DNA from: Candidatus Limnocylindria bacterium
GTDB taxonomy: Bacteria; Chloroflexota; Limnocylindria; QHBO01
Direction: 5' to 3'
DNA length: 64,000 nucleotides
NCBI GenBank assembly: GCA_046262115.1
Contig: JBHENJ010000037.1
Location: 22,993-86,992 of the forward strand
A program made the translations under genes and the position numbers. Under the pieces are notes generated by a model. It ran no database searches. It was not told the origin of the DNA and was given only the letters and a program-made list of their open reading frames with translations. Shown piece after piece: positions 19,262-27,685 of the stretch. How positions within the stretch are numbered: position 1 is the stretch's first letter; each line of letters opens with the position of its first letter.

Positions 19262-20104
19262 TCAGGCGGTCTTGCGCGCCGCTCGCCGCTGGGTGGCGGG
19301 CTCCTCGCCCGCACCCTTCCGGCGCGACTCTCGTGCGGCCGCCACGCTCGCCTCGAGCGCCTGCATCAGGTCGGTGAGCTTGGTCGCCGGCGCGCGCTCG
19401 ACGCGTACGGGCGCCTGCCCCTCGACCTTGGCCTGGATGACGTTCATCAGCGCCTGCCGGTATTCGTCGTGGTACTGGTCGATCTGGAACTCGCCTGTCA
19501 TGGATTCCACGAGCTGCTCGGCCATCTTGCGCTCCGCCGGCTTGAACTCGTGCTCCTCCTCGGGAAGGTCCAGGTCGCGCACGGCACGGATCTCGTCCGG
19601 CCAGTGGAGCGTGGTGAGCAGGAGCGTCTTGTCGAACGGGTTGAGCGACGCCAGCTGCTCGCGATCCTTGAGGACGATCTTGGCGATCGCGGTCCTGCCG
19701 GTGTCATCGAGCACCGATTTCAGCAGGTAGAACGCCTTGCGGCCGATGGGCTCCGGCTCGAGGTAGTAGGCCTGCTTGACGAACTGCACGCCCTGCGTGT
19801 CGCGCCTGGCCTCGGTGAAGAGCTCGATATCGATGGCACGCATCGTCTTGAGCGGCAGCGAGTCGAGGTCCTCGTCGGTGACCACCACGTACTGGCCCTT
19901 CGACCACTCGTAGCCCTTCACCGTGTCGGTCCGGCTGATGACCTCGTCGTCGTACGGACAGTAGGTCTTCATCTGGATCCGGTTCAGACATTTGGCGTGC
20001 AGCATGTTGAAGCCGATGCCGCCGCTTTCGGTGGCGAGGTACAGCTTGACCGGGATCGTCACCAGCCCGAACTGGATCGCGCCCCGCCACATCGGACGTG
20101 CCAT
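19262..20104 (-). CDS. ku: Ku (NHEJ DNA end-binding protein)
   Basis: Canonical start MARPMWRGAIQFGLVTIPVKLY, Ku core and C-terminal basic tail. Confidence 0.9.
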   Translation of the reverse strand: MARPMWRGAIQFGLVTIPVKLYLATESGGIGFNMLHAKCLNRIQMKTYCPYDDEVISRTDTVKGYEWSKGQYVVVTDEDLDSLPLKTMRAIDIELFTEARRDTQGVQFVKQAYYLEPEPIGRKAFYLLKSVLDDTGRTAIAKIVLKDREQLASLNPFDKTLLLTTLHWPDEIRAVRDLDLPEEEHEFKPAERKMAEQLVESMTGEFQIDQYHDEYRQALMNVIQAKVEGQAPVRVERAPATKLTDLMQALEASVAAARESRRKGAGEEPATQRRAARKTA

Positions 20105-20295
20105 GGATCTCCTCGAAGTTCGTGATCGGGTGTGCCCTCCCCGATCGGCCGCAAGACGATACGCCAAACAAGCAAGCCCTTGATGGCATTTCCATGCTCG
20201 CACGGCTGATGCCTGCGGGCAACGATCTTCAGTACCAGCCGCACCGGACGCTGCGGCCATTGTTCGGGCATACCGAAACGACGAGATTCCCGCCG

Positions 20296-20706
20296 ATGGA
20301 ACACGCGCACCTGCCCGTCGCCCAGCGGGCATACGTCCTCGAGGACGAGCCCGCGATCGCCGCGATGGAGGCCGACCTTCTTCGCGAGATGGGGTTCTCG
20401 GTCGTCACCTGCAGCCGGATCGTCGAGCTTGGCGACCTGATCGAGCTGTCACTGCCACACCTACTGATCGTCGACCTGAACCTGCCGGACGGCGACGGCG
20501 ATCAGGTGGCTCGGCTGCTCGCCCACGAGTGGCCGGGCATCCCGGTCGTGTTCGTGAGCGGGGCGCGACGCGAGCGCCTCTACCCGTTGCGCGAGCTCGG
20601 CCCGGTAGTCCAGAAGCCGTTCGACCTCGATGACTTCACCAGCGCGGTGCAGGAGGCGCTCGATCACCCGTACGCCGCGCGGCTCGGTCTCGCGTCAGGA
20701 GGCTGA
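20296..20706 (+). CDS. single-domain response regulator (CheY-like receiver)
   Basis: Receiver motifs (VLEDEP, LLIVDLNLPDGDG, KPFD); start at MEHAHL inferred. Confidence 0.65.
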   Translation: MEHAHLPVAQRAYVLEDEPAIAAMEADLLREMGFSVVTCSRIVELGDLIELSLPHLLIVDLNLPDGDGDQVARLLAHEWPGIPVVFVSGARRERLYPLRELGPVVQKPFDLDDFTSAVQEALDHPYAARLGLASGG

Positions 20707-20713
20707 GCGCCGG

Positions 20714-21199
20714 CTAAATCACCCGGTCGCCTTCCGGTCCCGTGACCGCGACGAGCGCCGACGCCACCTCGCCACCGGCGCGGCTCAGTCGGTATCGGTG
20801 CTCGATCTCGAGCGCCTTCGACAGCATCCTGCTCACCGGGCAGTACTTCATCGCGGAGAGTTCGACCGCGCGACGCACCGCTTCCGCCTCGATCTCGCCT
20901 TCGACCTGGTGCTCGACGACGATGTGGAGGAAGACTGACGGGGTCTCGTCCGCCTTCTGAGCGGTGATCGCGACGCCGTAGCGTGCCGGCGCCTGTCGTT
21001 TCTTGCCGAGGATGCTGACCACGTCGACCGCGGTGCACGACGCGAGGGCGGCGAGCACGAGCTCGGTCGGGCGCGCGGCGCTGTCGCCGCCGGTGGGCGG
21101 GAGCACGTCGGCAACGACCTCGTGACCCGACGCGGTGCGTGACTGGACGCGCGCGCCGCCGTCGAGCGAGACACTCGCCTCGAGCCGGACCTCAGCCAT
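20714..21199 (-). CDS. OsmC/Ohr family peroxiredoxin-like protein
   Basis: OsmC fold signature (ELVLAALASCTAVD... AMKYCPVS). Confidence 0.8.
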   Translation of the reverse strand: MAEVRLEASVSLDGGARVQSRTASGHEVVADVLPPTGGDSAARPTELVLAALASCTAVDVVSILGKKRQAPARYGVAITAQKADETPSVFLHIVVEHQVEGEIEAEAVRRAVELSAMKYCPVSRMLSKALEIEHRYRLSRAGGEVASALVAVTGPEGDRVI

Positions 21200-22916
21200 C
21201 AGCCGCGATCGTATCCTCGCGGATCCCCTTCGTCGCACCGGCGACGCCCTCGGCCAGCAGCACGCGCCCCCCGGCCAGGGACTCGTACAACGCCTCGACG
21301 CGCTCGAGCGTGTCGATCTCGTCGGGCGTCTTGTCGTCGCGAATGCGCACGATGCGCGGAAAACGCATCGCGAAGCCGCTCTTGTGGCGGTTGCTGCGCT
21401 GGATCAGGTCGAAGGCGATCTCGACGACGACCTCCGGCGCGACGCTGCGGAAGCGCCCGAAGTCACGGATCGTGATCGCCTGGAAGTGCTCGGTGTACGC
21501 AGTGATCTCCGCATCTGTCAGCCCGGTGTAGGCCTTGCCTATCGTGACGAGCCGGTCGTTGGCGGTGTCCCGCACGGCGAACGTGTAGTCGGAGAGCACC
21601 GCCCGCCGCTTGCCGTGGCCCCATTCCACGCCGACCACCACACAGTCCAGGGTTGCGAGCGCGCGCTTCAGCTTCAGCCAGCCGAGCCCGCGGCGCCCTG
21701 GCTGATACACCGACGACGGGTTCTTGATCATCAGCCCCTCGTTGCGCCGGGCCTGCGCGTCGTCGAACAACCGGTCGACCTCCTCCGCCGAGCGCGCCTG
21801 GACGAGGTGCGTGTAGAGCAGCCGCTCGCCGCTGCACTCCGGGAGCTCGAGCGCCTCCAGGGCAGCCCGGCGTTCTCTCAGCGGCTCGTCCAGCAGGTCG
21901 CGTCCGTCGAGGTGCAGCACGTCGAACGCCACGAAGACGACCGGTATCCGCTCCTGGAGCGCGGCGTCCGGCGCGACGCGTCCAAGCCGCTGCTGGAGGT
22001 CCTTGAACGAAAGCGCCGCACCTTCGCGGTATGCGAGCAGCTCACCGTCCAGAACGATCTCGCGGCCGAGCGCGGCTCCCGCGGCTGCTGCCTCGGGGAA
22101 TGAGCGCGTCACCTCCTTGAGATCTCGACTGAAGAGGCTCGCCCGTCCGGCGGCGGCGTGCAGTTGGGCACGCACGCCGTCGTACTTGTCCTCGACCCAC
22201 GCCTCGGCGCCGACACGCCGCATGACCTCGTCCGCATCCTCGACCGGCGAGGCGAGCATGAACCGGAGCGGCCTGCCGAGCTGGAGCCGCGCCTCGTCGA
22301 GCCGCCCGGCGCGGGCAAACGTCGCGGCGACACCGATGTCGCCGACGACCATCACCGCCCGCCGGAGCTCGTCGAGCGCCACGTCGAACGCGGCCGCCAC
22401 GGCCTCCTCCAGCAGCCCCTCGCGCAGCCCGATGCGCAGGTCGCGCTGGAGGATCTTGGCGATGTAGCGCGCCTCGCCTCCGCTCGCCCGGCCGAACAGC
22501 GTCGCGAGGCGCGCCGCGCGCTGCTCCCCGCTCGACGACCGCGATATCTCCTCAAAGGCGTCGTGCACGTCCGCCAGTGTCAGCGGCCGCGAGTCCGGCG
22601 TCCGACCCTCCAGGAGCTCGCCGGCCACGTCGCCCAGATCCGAGTGGCGGAGGTAGCTGTCGCCGAATCGTTCGACGTCGACGCCGGCGAGCCCGGTCAG
22701 CGCCGCCGACACCTGGACCCAGCCCAGCCCGAGCCGGTCATCGGCGCCCGGAAGCGGCCTCCCTGCCAGGAAGGTGCAGGCGATCCGCAGGTCCTCGTCG
22801 CGAAGAGCACGGAGGTAGTCGGCCAGGACCGCGCGCTTGCGGAGCTTGCTGGTCGTCGCGGCGGCCGCATCGGCCGCAACCACGAAGTCGGCGAGGGCGG
22901 CCGATCGGGCGGTCAC
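21192..22916 (-). CDS. ligB: ATP-dependent DNA ligase (LigB/Lig I type: DBD-NTase-OB)
   Basis: Motif I EDKYDGVRAQ, motif V/VI present, 574 aa. Confidence 0.85.
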   Translation of the reverse strand: MTARSAALADFVVAADAAAATTSKLRKRAVLADYLRALRDEDLRIACTFLAGRPLPGADDRLGLGWVQVSAALTGLAGVDVERFGDSYLRHSDLGDVAGELLEGRTPDSRPLTLADVHDAFEEISRSSSGEQRAARLATLFGRASGGEARYIAKILQRDLRIGLREGLLEEAVAAAFDVALDELRRAVMVVGDIGVAATFARAGRLDEARLQLGRPLRFMLASPVEDADEVMRRVGAEAWVEDKYDGVRAQLHAAAGRASLFSRDLKEVTRSFPEAAAAGAALGREIVLDGELLAYREGAALSFKDLQQRLGRVAPDAALQERIPVVFVAFDVLHLDGRDLLDEPLRERRAALEALELPECSGERLLYTHLVQARSAEEVDRLFDDAQARRNEGLMIKNPSSVYQPGRRGLGWLKLKRALATLDCVVVGVEWGHGKRRAVLSDYTFAVRDTANDRLVTIGKAYTGLTDAEITAYTEHFQAITIRDFGRFRSVAPEVVVEIAFDLIQRSNRHKSGFAMRFPRIVRIRDDKTPDEIDTLERVEALYESLAGGRVLLAEGVAGATKGIREDTIAADG

Positions 22917-22932
22917 GCGCGGAGTCTAGGAG

Positions 22933-23166
22933 TCAGCCCTCCGCCAGGCTTCGCTTGCCCTTGTCGATGAGGTCGGCCACCTTGCGGCCGCCCTTGCGTC
23001 CGATGGCTTGGAAGTGCTCGTGCGAGTACTTCTGGCTGACGGTCTTGCCGCCCTTCTGGCCGATCTCCTGGTAGAACTCCGGGCCGTACTTGGCTCGCGT
23101 CGTCTTGCCGCCCTTGCGGCCGGCTTCCCGGACGCTCATGTTCCCATTGCCACCGGTGTCGACCAT
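22933..23166 (-). CDS. KGG-repeat general stress protein
   Basis: Repeated GxKGGKT motifs (GRKGGKT, GQKGGKT, GRKGGRK). Confidence 0.6.
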   Translation of the reverse strand: MVDTGGNGNMSVREAGRKGGKTTRAKYGPEFYQEIGQKGGKTVSQKYSHEHFQAIGRKGGRKVADLIDKGKRSLAEG

Positions 23167-23247
23167 GCGGGCTCCCGGGTGCAGAGCGAGCTGTGGACCC
23201 CAGCGCGCGACGGGTTGCAAGATCGATACCGCCTAGAATGCGCGCCC

Positions 23248-23568
23248 ATGCACCCCCTGCTGCGCAACGCCGTCGTCGGCGCAGTGGGGTTCCTGATCGC
23301 CGCCAGCCTCGCCGTGCTTGCCCTGCTCGGCGCCGAGACGCCCAGCTTCCAGGTGCTCGCCATGATCGCCGCCGCAGTCCTTGCGGTGGGCACCGCCGCC
23401 TACCTCTTCGTGCAGGCGTGGCGCTGGTCGGTCCTCGCCTACCGCGAGGGATATACCGGCCGATCGGTGGCGATCGCCTTCGCCGGCGGACTCGTGGCGC
23501 TCGTCGGAATGGCCGCCCTGGCGGGCGCGGTGATCATGGTGCTGCTGTTCGCCGGAACGCTCGGATAG
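23248..23568 (+). CDS. small membrane protein (3 TM, hypothetical)
   Basis: ATG at 23248; 106 aa, hydrophobic helices. Confidence 0.45.
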   Translation: MHPLLRNAVVGAVGFLIAASLAVLALLGAETPSFQVLAMIAAAVLAVGTAAYLFVQAWRWSVLAYREGYTGRSVAIAFAGGLVALVGMAALAGAVIMVLLFAGTLG

Positions 23569-23574
23569 CGACGC

Positions 23575-23796
23575 CTAGGTTCCCGGCTCCTCGTCGTCCT
23601 CGTAGCGGAACGAGATCTTGAGCGAGACGCGGTAGCGCACGATCTCGCCCTGCTCGACGTCCGCCGTCGACTTCACGACCTCGATGCCCTCGATGTTGCG
23701 GACCGTCTTCGCGGCCGTCTCGACGGCCCGCCGGGCCGCGTCGGACCAGCTGCGCGGCGACAGGCCGACCATCTCGCGGACGATGATCACGGACAC
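23575..23796 (-). CDS. dodecin-family flavin-binding protein
   Basis: ~70 aa, dodecin-like sequence (VVKSTADVEQGEIVRYRVSLKISFRY). Confidence 0.65.
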   Translation of the reverse strand: MSVIIVREMVGLSPRSWSDAARRAVETAAKTVRNIEGIEVVKSTADVEQGEIVRYRVSLKISFRYEDDEEPGT

Positions 23797-23861
23797 GGCG
23801 GGACTCCTCTCACGGGCGGGTCGCGAAGCGGCTCGTTGCTAGCATAGGTTCGATCGTCCGC

Positions 23862-23938
23862 GCCCCCATCGTCTAGAGGCCCAGGACGCCACCCTTTCAA
23901 GGTGGAGATCAGGGGTTCGAATCCCCTTGGGGGCACCA
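23862..23938 (+). tRNA. tRNA-Glu (anticodon UUC), CCA encoded
   Basis: Cloverleaf: acceptor GCCCCCA/TGGGGGC, anticodon stem CCACC/GGTGG, loop CTTTCAA, T-loop TTCGAAT, 3' ACCA. Confidence 0.9.
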
Positions 23939-24118
23939 CTAGACATGGTTGATCTCGACGCGGTCCCCGCAGTCGGGGCAGTACAGCATCACGAGCTTGG
24001 GATTCTCGGGATCGGGACGCCAGACCGATACGTCCTTCTCGTACACCCGCTCCCCGCAGTGCGGGCACTCCGCGCCGATCTCGAGCCACTGCTCGCGCGG
24101 GACGTTCTGGCGGCCCAC
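23939..24118 (-). CDS. C4 zinc-ribbon microprotein (59 aa, hypothetical)
   Basis: GTG immediately after upstream stop (TAGGTG); two CxxC pairs (CPHCGERV ... CPDCGDRV); abuts tRNA-Glu 3' end; below the ORF-track length cutoff. Confidence 0.4.
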   Translation of the reverse strand: MGRQNVPREQWLEIGAECPHCGERVYEKDVSVWRPDPENPKLVMLYCPDCGDRVEINHV

Positions 24119-24469
24119 CTAGCGGCGACCCCGGGACTCTTCGCGCGGCTGCGGAGGAGCGATGAGCGGGTAGGCATGCGCCTCGTACCCCCGCCAGCGA
24201 CCCACGTCGCCCTGGCGGATCATGACCTGGCGCTTGATGAAGCGGCCCGTCACGTCGCCGCTGCTGCGGTCGAGCACCTGGAGGTCGGTCCGTCCGGTCA
24301 CCTCTCGGAGTGCCCCGGGCAACGTCTCGACCAGGTACGCGGGGTCCGGGTTCTCGCGCAGCGCGATGTCGAGCGCCGCGACCACGTCCTCGTCGGGGAG
24401 GTCCCGGGGCAGCGGCCGGCTGATGTAGGCCATGCGGACGTCGTTGCTCGGCCCCCGGAAGGTCCGCAT
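24119..24469 (-). CDS. hypothetical protein
   Basis: C-terminal ~116 aa of listed ORF look protein-like; start set at MRTFRGP; divergent from galU. Confidence 0.4.
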   Translation of the reverse strand: MRTFRGPSNDVRMAYISRPLPRDLPDEDVVAALDIALRENPDPAYLVETLPGALREVTGRTDLQVLDRSSGDVTGRFIKRQVMIRQGDVGRWRGYEAHAYPLIAPPQPREESRGRR

Positions 24470-24653
24470 CAGCCCTCGAAACACGCCGGCATGATACGGG
24501 CGAGACCGGCGTGCGTCAGCGAGCAGTGACCGCCGGGCGAGGCGTCGGCTCGTGGGGCCCCGCCTATAATGTGACGCCCCCGGAGCTCGTCCTCCGACTG
24601 CGCGCGGCCGCCGAACGGCCCGGCGTGGCGGCGGCCCACCAGGGAGGAACAGC

Positions 24654-25526
24654 GTGCGCGTCAGAAAGGCAGTCCTCCCGGCGGCGGGATTCGGGACGCG
24701 CTTCCTCCCGGCGACCAAGGCGCTCCCCAAGGAGATGCTGCCGCTCGTCGACCGGCCGATCATCCAGTACGCGGTGGAGGAGGCGGTTGCCTCCGGGATC
24801 GAGCAGCTCATCATCGTTGTCGCGCCGGGCCGGACGGCCATCGCCGATCACTTCGACGCGAATCCGGAGCTCGAGCGCTGGCTCGAGGAGCGCGGCGACA
24901 TCGAAATGCTGCGCTGGGTGCGCCGGATCACCGAGATCGGCCCCATCGCGTTCGTCCACCAGAAGGAGCAGCTCGGTCTCGGCCACGCGGTGCTGATGGC
25001 CAAGGAGCTGGTCGGCAACGAGCCGTTCGCCGTGCTCCTCTCCGACGACGTGATGATCAACCCGCAGCTCCCGATCACGCGGCAGCTGATCGAGACGTAC
25101 CAGGCCCACCGCGGATCGGTGGTCGCGGTGCAGACAGTGCCGCGCGAGGAGGCGACCCGCTACGGCATCATCGTCCCCGTGCGCGAGGAGGGGCGGCTGT
25201 ACGAGATCGGCCGCCTGGTCGAGAAACCGCCCGTCGACGAGGCACCATCGGACCTCGCGGTGTTGGGTCGGTACGTCCTGACGCCCAAGATCTTCGACAT
25301 GCTCGAGCACACCCAGCGCGGCGCCGGCGGCGAGATCCAGCTCACCGACGCGATCAACATGCTGATGGGCGAGCAGCCGGTCTTCGGCTACCGCTTCGAG
25401 GGCACGCGGCACGACGCGGGCACCCGCATCGGCTGGCTCAAGGCCAACGTGGCGATGGCACTCGACTCGACGGACGTGGCCGACGACTTCCGCAGCTACG
25501 TCCGAGGGCTGGACCTGCGCGACTGA
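24654..25526 (+). CDS. galU: UTP--glucose-1-phosphate uridylyltransferase
   Basis: N-terminal KAVLPAAGFGTRFLPATKALPKEMLP motif. Confidence 0.9.
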   Translation: MRVRKAVLPAAGFGTRFLPATKALPKEMLPLVDRPIIQYAVEEAVASGIEQLIIVVAPGRTAIADHFDANPELERWLEERGDIEMLRWVRRITEIGPIAFVHQKEQLGLGHAVLMAKELVGNEPFAVLLSDDVMINPQLPITRQLIETYQAHRGSVVAVQTVPREEATRYGIIVPVREEGRLYEIGRLVEKPPVDEAPSDLAVLGRYVLTPKIFDMLEHTQRGAGGEIQLTDAINMLMGEQPVFGYRFEGTRHDAGTRIGWLKANVAMALDSTDVADDFRSYVRGLDLRD

Positions 25527-27127
25527 TGGACATGATCGGCAGGGTGATCGGCGGTCGCTACACCCTGCAGGCGCCGCTCGGCGAGGGCGGCATGGCCACG
25601 ATCTACCGCGCCCACGACACGCAACTCGACCGCGACGTCGCGGTCAAGATCCTCCGTCCGCAGTACGGCACCGATTCCGGGTTCGCCGCCCGCTTCCGCC
25701 AGGAGGCGCGCAGCGCCGGGTCGCTGTCACACCCGAACATCGTCAGCGTCTACGACTACGGGACCGATGGCGATGCGCACTACATCGTCATGCAGCTGGT
25801 CGACGGACGCGACCTCTCCAGCGTGCTGGCGGAGCGGGGACGCCTGCCGCCCAACGAGGCAGCCGGAATCGCCGCGCAGGTCGCGCTCGCGCTCGAGGCC
25901 GCTCACCGCAATGGGATCGTCCACCGCGACGTGAAGCCGGGAAACATCCTGCTCACCGAGGAGGGCGAGGTTCGCGTCACCGACTTCGGGATCGCGCGCG
26001 CCGTCAGCGAGGCGTCGATGACGATCACCGGCACCACGCTCGGCTCGGTGCACTACTTCAGCCCCGAGCAGGCGCGCGGCGACGAGGTCACCGGCGCCAG
26101 CGACGTATACGCGCTCGGCATCGTGCTGTACGAGATGCTCACTGGCCGGCGGCCGTTCACCGGTGACTCGGCCGCCGGTGTGGCGCTCAAGCGCCTGTCG
26201 GAGGACCCGCCGCCGCCATCGGTCTTCGACCGGTCGCTGCCGCCCGGACTGGTCGCGATCGTCATGCGCGCGCTGGAGCGCGAGCCTGAGGATCGCTTCC
26301 GCGGCGCCAATCCGTTCGCCGAGGCGCTCCGACGGTGGCAGCGTGATCCCGGCGCGATGCCGGTGCCATTCCCGCCGCCACGCCCGCCGACCGGGGACCC
26401 GACGGTCTACATGCCGCGTCCCACGCCGCCGATCCGCCAGGTGAACGTCGCGCCGCCGCCGCCCCGCTACGTCGAGGAAGAGCGCCGCGGCCAGCCGTGG
26501 TGGATCTGGCTGCTCGTCCTTCTCGCGCTCGGCATGCTCGGCGTGGTGGGCTTCATCGGCGTCCAGATCTTCACAGGCTTCGGACCCGGTGGATCACCCA
26601 CGCCGGCCGCCGATGAGTTCGAACTCCCGAACTGGGGAGGCGACCCGATCACCGCCGTGCGGCTGGACGCCGACCGGCTCGGCGTCGACCTCGACGAGGA
26701 CACCGAGAACAGCGACGACGTCGCGGCCGACAGCGTCATCCGCACCGAGCCGGAGGCGGGGACCCTCGTCTCGCGCGGCGACATCGTCCGCGTGATCGTC
26801 AGCAGCGGAGAGGAGACGGTCGCGGTTCCTCCCCTCGCCGGCCAGACGCGGAGGGAGGCGCGCGACACGCTCCGGAATCGTCAGCTCGAACTCGGAAGCG
26901 TCACTTCGGAGGCATCGGGAGCGCCGGAGGGCACTGTGCTGCACAGCACTCCGGCCGAAGGCGTCGAGGTCCCGGTCGGCAGCTCGGTCAACATCGTGCT
27001 GTCCAGCGGCCCGACGCCGACGCCCAGCCCGACCCCCACGCCGACCCCGACGCCGACCCCCACGCCGACCCCCACGCCGACGCCCACTCCGGTCCCGCCG
27101 CCGATCACCCCGCTGCCCAGCTTCTAG
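25526..27127 (+). CDS. Ser/Thr protein kinase with TM segment, two PASTA-like domains and C-terminal (PT)n tail
   Basis: Hanks kinase motifs (VAVKIL, HRDVKPGNILL, DFGIA, APE), TM helix, PASTA-like repeats. Confidence 0.9.
   Translation: MDMIGRVIGGRYTLQAPLGEGGMATIYRAHDTQLDRDVAVKILRPQYGTDSGFAARFRQEARSAGSLSHPNIVSVYDYGTDGDAHYIVMQLVDGRDLSSVLAERGRLPPNEAAGIAAQVALALEAAHRNGIVHRDVKPGNILLTEEGEVRVTDFGIARAVSEASMTITGTTLGSVHYFSPEQARGDEVTGASDVYALGIVLYEMLTGRRPFTGDSAAGVALKRLSEDPPPPSVFDRSLPPGLVAIVMRALEREPEDRFRGANPFAEALRRWQRDPGAMPVPFPPPRPPTGDPTVYMPRPTPPIRQVNVAPPPPRYVEEERRGQPWWIWLLVLLALGMLGVVGFIGVQIFTGFGPGGSPTPAADEFELPNWGGDPITAVRLDADRLGVDLDEDTENSDDVAADSVIRTEPEAGTLVSRGDIVRVIVSSGEETVAVPPLAGQTRREARDTLRNRQLELGSVTSEASGAPEGTVLHSTPAEGVEVPVGSSVNIVLSSGPTPTPSPTPTPTPTPTPTPTPTPTPTPVPPPITPLPSF
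27010..27095 (+). repeat. (PT)n-encoding tandem hexanucleotide repeat inside kinase gene
   Basis: ccgacgcccacg-type units encoding PTPSPTPTPTPTPTPTPTPTPTP. Confidence 0.6.
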
Positions 27128-27211
27128 GTCCGCCCGCCCGGGTTCGAGTCCCACGTCGTGCTACGATTCGAGGGCATTTCCGCGTTTCCCATGGAGGTTC
27201 CCACGCTCATC

Positions 27212-27535
27212 ATGTCTGCCCCGGTCACGGTCGAGGAATCGACCTTCGAGGAGCAGGTCCTCAAGGCTGAGAAGCCGGTGCTCGTCGACTTCTGGGCTCC
27301 CTGGTGCGGCCCGTGCCGCCTGGTCTCCCCGGTCATCGAGGCCGTCGGTCAGGCGCACAGCGAGAAGATCTCGGTCGCCAAGGTCAACACCGATGAGAAC
27401 CAGCAGCTGGCCTTCAAGTACAACATCTTCAGCATCCCCACCCTGATCGTCTTCCAGGGCGGCCGGGAGGTGGAACGCCTCGTCGGCTACATGCCGCAGG
27501 AGGCGATGGAGCGAAGGCTGGCGCAGTACCTCTAG
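27212..27535 (+). CDS. trxA: thioredoxin
   Basis: WCGPC active site; start at MSAPVTVEE gives 107 aa. Confidence 0.85.
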   Translation: MSAPVTVEESTFEEQVLKAEKPVLVDFWAPWCGPCRLVSPVIEAVGQAHSEKISVAKVNTDENQQLAFKYNIFSIPTLIVFQGGREVERLVGYMPQEAMERRLAQYL

Positions 27536-27560
27536 CTGTTGCCAACTACCCTCAATGACC

Positions 27561-27584
27561 GATGGCCGGCGGCAACGCCGGCCA
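27561..27584 (+). terminator. GC-rich hairpin downstream of trxA (candidate intrinsic terminator)
   Basis: Perfect 10-bp inverted repeat atggccggcg-gcaa-cgccggccat; weak U-tract. Confidence 0.4.
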
Positions 27585-27685
27585 TCATGCTGTTCGGTAC
27601 AAGCTGGCCCCCGAGTGGACGCCGCCAACGGCTACACTCCGCACGCTTTCCCGCCCGCAGCCTCCCGCAGGAGCTCTCGCCCTGA

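Noticed and set aside
20105-20295. Possible LexA/SOS box in the ku-response regulator divergent promoter (TCGAAGTTCGTGATCG; GATCGGG-N9-CCCGATC)
   Set aside because: Does not match the actinobacterial TCGAAC-N4-GTTCGA consensus well; the inverted repeat is short and GC-rich; left as unassigned
23787-24089. 100-aa minus ORF overlapping tRNA-Glu
   Set aside because: Overlaps a clear tRNA; Pro/Arg-rich; the zinc-ribbon frame is the plausible minus-strand reading here
23862-24469. Integrative element at tRNA-Glu or tRNA-Thr
   Set aside because: No integrase/recombinase ORF, no tRNA 3'-end direct repeat found nearby; neighbours are small housekeeping or stress genes
27010-27095. CRISPR-like periodicity in the PT-repeat and in the two 220-bp elements
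   Set aside because: The PT repeat is an in-frame 6-nt microsatellite inside the kinase gene; the 220-bp elements are only two long copies without short regular spacers; no cas genes in the window
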